Below, piece by piece: positions 61,201-64,000 of a stretch of DNA of 64,000 nucleotides. The DNA lies in NCBI RefSeq assembly GCF_006345805.1, contig NC_043004.1, forward strand, positions 92,752,001 to 92,816,000, given 5' to 3'. The translations under genes and the position numbers were made by a program. This DNA is from Octopus sinensis (Eukaryota). The notes beneath the pieces were generated by a model. That model did not search any database, had not been told where the DNA came from, and was given only the letters and a program-made list of their open reading frames with translations. Positions within the stretch are counted from its first letter, which is position 1. The number at the start of each line of letters is the position of its first letter.

Positions 61201-63477
61201 AGTTTTGAGTCAAAATTATTATGAAGATCCAAGTCGACTAAGGTTTCACAGCCAGTAGTCCAGCATGCCAGCATGTCCCAACTCATGCCTGTATGTAAAA
61301 TGGACTTTAAATGAAAGTGGTGGTGGTGGTGGTGGTGGTGGTGTGGTGGTGGTGGCAGTGGCAGTTGTGGCGGTGGTGGCGGTTGTTGTTGTTCTAACAA
61401 ATCTGGAAGTTTGATCAGTTCCTTGCATAATACTCTCTGCCCTTGAGTTACTTTGTAACTTCTACCAATTTAAAATTATATATATATATATATATGTGTG
61501 TGTGACTCTGTGATAAGAAACTTGTTTCTCAACCACCGCATGGAACCTTGGGCAAGTGTGTCTTCTACTTGGGCTTACTAAAGCCTTTTGAGTGGATTTG
61601 GTGGACAGATACTGAAAGAAGCCCATTGTATGTGTGTGTCTTTGTATCTATGTTTGTCTCCCCATCACCATTTGACAACTGGTGCTGGTGTGTTTATATT
61701 TCCATAACTTAGCAGTTTGGCAAAAGAGAGTGATAGAATAAGTACTAGGCTTAAGAAATAAGTCCTGAGGCCAATTTGTTCAACTAAAACCCTTCATGGC
61801 TGCAGTCAAATGACTAGAACAAGTAAAAGAATAAAAGAATATATATGTATGTGTGTGTATGTATTTATATATTCAACTTAACATGGATGCCTTGTTAGAA
61901 CATAGGACACCAAATACTACATTATTAGGCTTGAGATATCCTTTCATATAGGCACATGCTTCCCTACCACATGGTTCTGGGTTCAGTCCCTCTGCATGGC
62001 ACCTTGGGCAAGTGTTTTCTACTATAACCTCGGGCCAACCAAAGCCTTGTGAGTGGATTTGGTAGACAGAAACTGAAAGAAACCCACCGTATATATATCT
62101 GGCTTCTGTGCCGGTGGCACATAAAAAGCACCCACTACACTCACGGAGTGGTTGGCATTTGGAACGGCATCCAGCTACAGAAACACTGCCAGATCAGACT
62201 GGAGCCTGGTGCAGCCTCCTGGCTTCTCAGACCCCGGTCAAACCATCCAACCCATGCTAGCATGGAAAACGGATGTTAAACGATGATGATGATGATTATT
62301 ATGTATGTATGTATGTATTTGTGTGTCTGTGCTTGTCCCACTACCGTTGCTAGACAACCAATGTTGGTGTGCTTATGCCCAACTACTTGGCTTACAAAGA
62401 ATAAGTCTTGGCGTTGATTTGTTTGACTAAAGGTGGTGCTCCAGCTTGGCCACAATCAAATGACTGAAACAAGTAAAAGAATAAAAGAATGTGTGTGTGT
62501 GTATTTAGTTAATAAAAAACCTATATCAGAAAGAAGCACACTCTGTATATATATAATTCTATTATGTTTACAGTAGTTTTATGAACAAAGTAAACAGTAT
62601 TCAATACACACCATAGATTAGATATTTATTTCAATATACTTGTTAACATGCCTTCTATGGCTTTTCTCTAAGTTTCATGTCAAGAAAAAGTAAGCAATCC
62701 TCAGATATTCTCTACAAAAAGTAACTCAATTACTGGTGTTAAATCTCTGGCAGTTACTGAGAAGTTCTTCTTTCCTACAGTTTTTTGTTTCTTTTGGTGG
62801 GGGGAAGTGTTTCTCAATTTTTAACCCTTAGAATCTGTTGTAGAGCTGTCTTTTTCCACTGTTGTTATATTCCAAAGTTGTCAATGGAATGGTTCCTGGT
62901 ACTGTATGACCCCCCTGTTGTACAGTATTACTATCCTCAAAAGATTGGGCTGTTATTACTATATCAGCACAGACACAACTATCAACACAATCTACACATA
63001 CTCTCAACATTCCTGGCCTTCTCGACCTTCTTTTCTGTTGACCAGCTACTGGTCTATTTATAATGGCTGGCTACTACCACTTTTTACCGGGTGGGGTGTA
63101 CAGTTTCATTATACAACAGAATCCATGAGAACACTTTAGGAGGAGGAGTTTCTGTCATCTATGGAAGATGCAAGTGGACATCCACATGGTTTTATGTTTA
63201 TGTCAAGAAGATAACGATGTTGTTACAAATTAGCTAGCTATAAACACAAAATCATATGGTCATCCACTTTTACTTCTTCTTGAAGCATAGTCAGTGGAAA
63301 TTATCCCTGCTAAGGTGTGCTTGTTGTTTCAAAGGATTAACACTTTTAAATTTACTTTATTTATTTACTTTTTTTAACTATTTATTTAATTTTTTTCTTT
63401 TCTCTTTGAAGATTAAAGAAGTTGTGCCACTGGCTTCAACAGATGAAACAGCAGAATTTTGGGAGCATGATATACAA
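9760..63477 (+). CDS. Multi-exon gene (13 coding exons in window, 3' end beyond window) encoding a DUF389/TIGR00341-family multi-pass membrane protein
   Basis: Manual splice assembly: 9760-10332, 23228-23299, 26306-26406, 29224-29289, 31378-31441, 38233-38300, 41669-41744, 43284-43389, 44459-44549, 50428-50572, 56925-56999, 60141-60311, 63412-63477. All introns are GT..AG and phases chain (0,0,2,2,0,2,0,1,2,0,0,0) into one open frame of 558 codons. Family motifs recognised from memory: [80 protein letters not shown]. Confidence 0.93.
10447..10680 (+). mobile_element. Degenerate family D-like tRNA SINE
   Basis: GTGGAGGTGCGTGGCGTAGTGATTAGG..GGTTTCGATTCC head. Confidence 0.65.
10900..11147 (+). 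mobile_element. Small hammerhead-bearing structured element in (TA)n (Penelope/retrozyme-like)
   Basis: (TA)n on both sides; ~24-bp inverted ends (GGGGAAGGCCGGTTCATGGGA / TCCCATAAACCGGCCTTCCC); internal hairpin AAAAGCCTC-GGTATT-GAGGCTTTT; hammerhead at 11065. Confidence 0.55.
11065..11131 (+). ncRNA. Type I hammerhead ribozyme motif (family F), stem II base degenerate
   Basis: GGTTTTGGGGT-CTGACGA-[stem II CC/TAAA-CCC-TTTA/GG]-GAAA-CC TAG GG-TA^ATCCCA T AAACC; 11-bp stem I with one bulge. Confidence 0.65.
11167..12048 (-). mobile_element. 5'-truncated RTE-clade LINE: ORF2 C-terminus, 3'UTR and (GAT)n tail
   Basis: [33 protein letters not shown] (ORF 11744-11947); 3'UTR carries degenerate ~60-bp tandem units. 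Confidence 0.9.
12049..12468 (+). mobile_element. Non-autonomous Helitron/Helentron-like (DINE/HINE-type) element with duplicated 3' end
   Basis: Two copies of CCAAATTTG..GATTGATCCAGCAGTTTGGC.GTGCATAGAGGA-(CA)n; ends TTTTATATATATATAG. Confidence 0.6.
12727..13290 (-). mobile_element. Hammerhead-bearing repeat inserted in (TA)n (Penelope pLTR-like)
   Basis: (TA)n on both sides; hammerhead at 13009-13060; palindrome at 12872-12914. Confidence 0.55.
13009..13060 (-). ncRNA. Type I hammerhead ribozyme motif (family D)
   Basis: Minus strand: TGAG-CTGACGA-A AGA aat GTC gattt GAC taa TCT A-GAAAC GTAC GTT^CTCA; stem III is the palindrome AACGTACGTT; A.A at 10.1/11.1. Confidence 0.72.
13855..14243 (+). 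mobile_element. Family B SINE
   Basis: Head, core, internal microsatellite and hairpin tail as in other family B copies. Confidence 0.88.
14785..15371. mobile_element. hAT-type MITE containing a nested piggyBac MITE
   Basis: TIRs GTGGTTCTCAACCA / TGGTTGAGAACCAC; degenerate 8-bp TSD atttagga / atctaggc. Confidence 0.7.
14975..15195. mobile_element. piggyBac-type MITE
   Basis: TTAA-CCCTTT ... AAAGGG-TTAA; homologous to 18443-18661 in opposite orientation. Confidence 0.82.
17266..18133 (-). mobile_element. Decayed, internally deleted Tc1/mariner-superfamily transposon
   Basis: Minus strand: HTH-like N-terminus from ATG 18133 ([32 protein letters not shown]), then [10 protein letters not shown], then WPS..NLN...SVWSILE..LDALK..RL. 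CAGGATGTCCCAAAA TIR-like end after TA at 17264. In-frame stops, a frameshift and loss of the region holding the second catalytic Asp. Confidence 0.88.
18443..18661. mobile_element. piggyBac-type MITE (second copy)
   Basis: TTAA TSD at 18439-18442 and 18662-18665; CCCTT termini. Confidence 0.82.
19075..20177. mobile_element. Composite with inverted 78-bp ends from hammerhead family A (Penelope-like architecture)
   Basis: 19075-19152 is the reverse complement of 20100-20177 (3 mismatches seen); full ~190-bp unit at 19985-20177; (TA)n outside both ends. Confidence 0.6.
20044..20078 (+). ncRNA. Minimal type I hammerhead motif (family A, copy 1)
   Basis: GTTT-CCGATGA-A-GAGC TCC GCTC-GAAAC GTT^AAAC; loopless palindromic stem III (AACGTT); U4 replaced by C. 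Confidence 0.62.
20312..21152 (+). mobile_element. Possible highly degenerate Tc1-like transposon relic
   Basis: DL.NPTE..IVK-like remnant near 20850-20890; loosely inverted ends next to TA. No clean ORF. Confidence 0.3.
21545..21925 (-). mobile_element. Family B SINE
   Basis: Reverse complement of the family B body. Confidence 0.85.
22613..22776 (-). mobile_element. Hammerhead family A element copy in (TA)n
   Basis: Matches the reverse complement of 19985-20177. Confidence 0.8.
22704..22738 (-). ncRNA. Minimal hammerhead motif (family A, copy 2), core mutated
   Basis: Minus strand: GTTT-CCAACGA-A-GAGC TCC GCTC-AAAAC GTT AAAC; G5A and G12A, so probably inactive. Confidence 0.5.
23228..23299 (+). 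CDS. DUF389 gene exon 2 ([24 protein letters not shown])
   Basis: Acceptor ttttctgtttcag; weak donor CAA/GTTAAT at 23300; 72 nt, phase 0/0; joins exon 3 as YKQITF. Confidence 0.75.
23630..23990 (-). mobile_element. CR1/L2-group LINE 3' fragment, copy 1
   Basis: ORF2 end [36 protein letters not shown]; 3' hairpin and (TAAAA)-rich tail. Confidence 0.85.
24388..24760 (+). mobile_element. CR1/L2-group LINE 3' fragment, copy 2 (inverted relative to copy 1)
   Basis: [34 protein letters not shown]; ends GGTGCCCCAGCATGGCCAC. Confidence 0.85.
25469..25800. repeat. Compound (TA)n/(TACA)n/(CA)n microsatellite field
   Basis: Directly visible; source of the spurious YIYI ORFs in the track. Confidence 0.95.
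25800..26145 (-). mobile_element. Hammerhead family B element (Penelope pLTR-like) between TA tracts
   Basis: Homologous to 58205-58475 (AAATAAGGGCAAA..TGCCAAATAT..GAAATCTCTAAAAAATT..TACTTACTCA.ACCCATGG). Confidence 0.65.
26016..26075 (-). ncRNA. Type I hammerhead ribozyme (family B, copy 1), core intact
   Basis: Minus strand: TTATCG-CTGAAGA-GGG aa AATTC TTAT GAATT aac CCC-GAAA-TTG GGAC CAA-TA^CGGTAA; all three stems pair. Confidence 0.85.
26306..26406 (+). CDS. DUF389 gene exon 3 ([33 protein letters not shown])
   Basis: Acceptor aacccag, donor AG/GTCAGT; 101 nt, phase 0/2. Confidence 0.88.
26900..27200 (+). mobile_element. Degenerate family C RTE-tail copy
   Basis: Repeated AAAAGCACC units, AGGAAGGGCATCC, GATGTTAAATGATGA end. 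Confidence 0.7.
27845..28255 (+). mobile_element. Family B SINE
   Basis: Close match to 13855-14243. Confidence 0.88.
28598..28995 (+). mobile_element. Non-autonomous Helitron/Helentron-like element
   Basis: Starts TACTAG plus hairpin CCCAG-CGTTG-CTCGGG; ends ACAGAC..CACTTTTATATATAAAGAT; CpG-rich against flanks. Confidence 0.65.
29224..29289 (+). CDS. DUF389 gene exon 4 ([22 protein letters not shown])
   Basis: Acceptor ctaccaag, donor AG/GTATGT; 66 nt, phase 2/2; keeps frame between exons 3 and 5. Confidence 0.82.
29371..30010 (-). mobile_element. Family D-headed SINE with internal 144-bp triplication
   Basis: Head at 30010-29930 nearly identical to 197-260; units start at 29451, 29632 and 29776; GATGGACTGGCGTCCCATCCAG motif. 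Confidence 0.85.
30921..31245. mobile_element. Dispersed repeat (family G) embedded in (ATT)n
   Basis: Homologous to 52305-52862 and a fragment at ~56233-56300; (ATT)n on both sides. Confidence 0.7.
31378..31441 (+). CDS. DUF389 gene exon 5 ([22 protein letters not shown])
   Basis: Acceptor tttttgttgcag, donor CAG/GTCAGT; 64 nt, phase 2/0; [12 protein letters not shown] motif. Confidence 0.9.
31633..32062 (-). mobile_element. CR1-clade LINE 3' fragment with (ATT)n tail
   Basis: [27 protein letters not shown] motif (ORF 31819-32061). Confidence 0.88.
32648..32868 (+). mobile_element. Family A SINE, full length
   Basis: 13-bp TSD ggtatttctgcaa (32635-32647 / 32869-32881). Confidence 0.92.
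33630..33885 (+). mobile_element. Family A SINE, full length with A-rich tail
   Basis: 15-bp TSD tatgtagcatataac (33615-33629 / 33886-33900). Confidence 0.92.
34175..34640 (-). mobile_element. Family C RTE-tail copy with ~62-bp internal VNTR
   Basis: Units start at 34351, 34414, 34476 and 34539; (GAT)n tail at left. Confidence 0.88.
34721..35018. repeat. Fold-back element: ~40-bp terminal inverted repeats and alternating inverted modules separated by (TA)n
   Basis: TTTTGCCAATTCATGGAACACAGAGTTGAAACTCCTTT / AAAGGAACTTCAACCCCGTGTTCCATGAATTAGCAAAA; internal AAGGA..CTCTCTGA and TCAGAGAG..TCCTT modules twice each. Confidence 0.85.
35616..36145 (+). repeat. Local direct duplication (~150 bp, copies 379 bp apart)
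   Basis: TAGTATCTGTAATTAGCATTGGAAAA..TTGTATAAGTTA at 35616 and 35995. Confidence 0.9.
36310..36755 (+). mobile_element. CR1-clade LINE 3' fragment with (AACT)n tail
   Basis: [15 protein letters not shown] / [31 protein letters not shown] across one frameshift. Confidence 0.92.
38233..38300 (+). CDS. DUF389 gene exon 6 ([22 protein letters not shown])
   Basis: Acceptor ctcttccag, donor AG/GTTAGT; 68 nt, phase 0/2; FTFDY motif at start of first TM. Confidence 0.93.
39020..39420 (+). mobile_element. Head-to-tail dimer of family A SINE (184-bp period)
   Basis: GGTAT junctions at 39047, 39231 and 39415. Confidence 0.9.
39685..40075 (-). mobile_element. Family B SINE
   Basis: Reverse complement of the family B body. 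Confidence 0.85.
41669..41744 (+). CDS. DUF389 gene exon 7 ([26 protein letters not shown])
   Basis: Acceptor ttcttgcag, donor ATG/GTAAGT; 76 nt, phase 2/0; SMLISPLM signature. Confidence 0.95.
43284..43389 (+). CDS. DUF389 gene exon 8 ([35 protein letters not shown])
   Basis: Acceptor cttttgtcag, donor G/GTCAGT; 106 nt, phase 0/1. Confidence 0.93.
43599..43922 (+). mobile_element. tRNA SINE with CORE-like middle and family D 3' tail
   Basis: GGTTCGATTCC B-box; TTGTGTCCTTGAGTGAGACACTTTAT core; tail TGTCATGCTGAATCTCCC..GAGTGCCA shared with 197-579. Confidence 0.78.
44270..44440 (+). mobile_element. Helitron/HINE-like 3' end abutting the exon 9 acceptor
   Basis: GGAGGAGAT..(CA/GACA)n..GAGTTTTATATATAT pattern like 12380-12468. 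Confidence 0.4.
44459..44549 (+). CDS. DUF389 gene exon 9 ([30 protein letters not shown])
   Basis: Acceptor ttcatctag, donor AG/GTAAGG; 91 nt, phase 1/2; WPT.EM.SR motif. Confidence 0.93.
46283..46460 (+). mobile_element. Hammerhead family A element copy between microsatellites
   Basis: Matches 19985-20177. Confidence 0.8.
46336..46370 (+). ncRNA. Minimal hammerhead motif (family A, copy 3)
   Basis: GTTT-CTGACGA-A-GAGC TCC GCTC-GAAAC ATT AAAT; canonical CUGACGA core but G16.2A breaks stem III. Confidence 0.55.
48011..48233 (-). mobile_element. Family A SINE
   Basis: Reverse complement of the family A body. Confidence 0.88.
48250..49930 (-). pseudogene. Degenerate RTE-clade reverse transcriptase relic, interrupted by a SINE
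   Basis: Minus strand [24 protein letters not shown] near 48610-48725; upstream linker [13 protein letters not shown]; multiple stops and frameshifts. Confidence 0.8.
49545..49765 (-). mobile_element. Family A SINE inserted in the RTE relic
   Basis: 10-bp TSD cttaatacct (49535-49544 / 49766-49775). Confidence 0.9.
50428..50572 (+). CDS. DUF389 gene exon 10 ([49 protein letters not shown])
   Basis: Acceptor cccactag, donor GCT/GTGAGT; 145 nt, phase 2/0; core DUF389 motif [11 protein letters not shown]. Confidence 0.95.
52305..52862. mobile_element. Dispersed repeat (family G), longer copy in (ATT)n
   Basis: Homologous to 30921-31245; ATT tracts on both sides. Confidence 0.72.
52885..54505 (-). 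pseudogene. 5'-truncated R4/Dong-like non-LTR retrotransposon relic (RT end, CCHC finger, restriction-like endonuclease)
   Basis: [16 protein letters not shown]; [15 protein letters not shown]; [12 protein letters not shown]; [23 protein letters not shown]; [12 protein letters not shown]; frameshifted. Confidence 0.85.
54520..55420 (+). repeat. 452-bp tandem duplication of a block of two decayed family A-like SINEs
   Basis: AGGCAGAATTGTTAGTGCACTGG at 54561 and 55013; copies differ at only a few positions. Confidence 0.9.
55455..56190 (+). pseudogene. RTE-clade LINE 3' relic (second subfamily)
   Basis: [22 protein letters not shown]; [26 protein letters not shown]; GRPKNSWRR. Confidence 0.88.
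56925..56999 (+). CDS. DUF389 gene exon 11 ([25 protein letters not shown])
   Basis: Acceptor ctctcttcag, donor GCT/GTAAGT; 75 nt, phase 0/0; completes PPAVNAGMLW. Confidence 0.9.
57448..57505 (-). ncRNA. Type I hammerhead motif (family C), antisense copy in palindrome arm 1
   Basis: Exact reverse complement of 58036-58093. Confidence 0.75.
58036..58093 (+). ncRNA. Type I hammerhead motif (family C), sense copy in palindrome arm 2
   Basis: AGTTCTG-CTGAGGA-T CAT aa GAC GTAA GTT aa ATG T-GAAA-TCA CGG TGA-TA^CAGAACT; perfect 7-bp stem I; GNRA loop II; U.U at 10.1/11.1. Confidence 0.75.
58205..58475 (-). mobile_element. Hammerhead family B element, copy 2
   Basis: Homologous to 25800-26145; TA tracts on both sides. 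Confidence 0.65.
58373..58431 (-). ncRNA. Type I hammerhead ribozyme (family B, copy 2), core intact
   Basis: Minus strand: TATCA-CTGATGA-AGGG ag GGTTC TTTTT GAACT aa CCCT-GAAA-TTG GTC CGA-TA^TGGTA; pairing conserved against copy 1 despite substitutions. Confidence 0.82.
58580..59038 (+). mobile_element. Element with ~96-bp imperfect inverted ends enclosing hammerhead family E
   Basis: 58580-58675 is roughly the reverse complement of 58942-59038 (shared AAAATGACCAAACCACAAGTTCTCACTTAA). Confidence 0.65.
58817..58890 (+). ncRNA. Extended type I hammerhead ribozyme (family E), core intact, sense strand of intron 11
   Basis: AGTTAGAC TCA-CTGAAGA-T-G AACTC...GAGTT T-GAAA-TC ATGAC GA-TA^TGG GTAT GTCTGACT; stem I has an internal bulge followed by 8 more bp. 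Confidence 0.8.
59111..59330 (-). mobile_element. Family A SINE
   Basis: Reverse complement of the family A body. Confidence 0.88.
60141..60311 (+). CDS. DUF389 gene exon 12 ([57 protein letters not shown])
   Basis: Acceptor tattttgaag, donor AAG/GTAAAT; 171 nt, phase 0/0; last TM motif [13 protein letters not shown]. Confidence 0.92.
60525..61100 (-). mobile_element. Family B SINE split by a ~220-bp DNA-transposon-like insert
   Basis: 3' half at 60525-60700 and 5' half at 60930-61100; insert ends CATCTTGGCCGCAACTGTA. Confidence 0.7.
61960..62490 (+). mobile_element. Family B SINE with nested family C RTE-tail copy (62101-62296)
   Basis: The family C copy sits at the internal microsatellite position of the family B SINE. 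Confidence 0.8.
63412..63477 (+). CDS. DUF389 gene exon 13 ([22 protein letters not shown]); gene continues beyond window
   Basis: Acceptor tctctttgaag, donor CAA/GTGAGT; 66 nt, phase 0/0; LKIKEV.P and FW..DI motifs; no stop codon reached. Confidence 0.9.
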
Positions 63478-64000
63478 GTGAGTTCCTTTTTAACTGATTA
63501 CTTCAGAACATATCACTGATGTGTGTGGGGGGGATGGGGGAAACATATATTTATATTAATAAATACACATATACAAAATATTTGGTGGACTTAACTTGCT
63601 ACCTGTTTTGACAACACAAGTTAATGTGTGTCTGCTTTTGGCAGAGATCATTCTGTTGAAAGCATCTGATCCAGGAATGCAGTCAGGAAACATTTCCTTC
63701 CTACAATCTTGGACACTCTTGTGTAAGAGAGTGTATGTGTGTGTGCGCATGTGTGCATACATGCATACATGTGTGTGTACATGCATGCATGCATAAAATG
63801 TATATATGATGTATGCGTGTACACGTAGCTCCAGTGTCTCAGTTTTGGTGTGGTTTCTGTGGCTGGACACCCTTACTAGCATCTACCACTTTACAGAGTG
63901 GACTGGGTAGTTTGCTTTTTTTTGTGGCACCAGCCACGCTCTTTTTTTGTATGGAAACCCATGTTTTCAGCTATGGAGATTCTGATTCTGTAAAAAAATT

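Overview
Eukaryotic, AT-rich, repeat-dense genomic DNA. The SINE/LINE complement and TA/CA/ATT microsatellite load look like an octopod cephalopod (Octopus-like); this is an inference, not a database result. One protein-coding gene occupies most of the window on the + strand. It is a 13-exon, 3'-incomplete DUF389/TIGR00341-type multi-pass membrane protein: ATG at 9760, 1674 nt / 558 codons in the window, all introns GT-AG and phase-compatible, continuing past 63477. The rest is intron and upstream sequence filled with tRNA-derived SINEs, 5'-truncated LINE ends (RTE, CR1, CR1/L2-group, R4/Dong-like), a decayed Tc1/mariner, hAT and piggyBac MITEs, Helitron/Helentron-type non-autonomous elements and local duplications. 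The main result beyond routine annotation is ten type I hammerhead-ribozyme motifs, found by hand folding, in six unrelated small repeat families that sit in (TA)n tracts and look Penelope/retrozyme-like. Four of them cluster within 1.5 kb of intron 11, two as mirror images in a near-perfect ~390-bp palindrome. A perfect 45-bp inverted repeat also brackets exon 10. All structures were folded by eye and none is experimentally tested. Repeat boundaries are approximate unless a TSD or TIR is cited.
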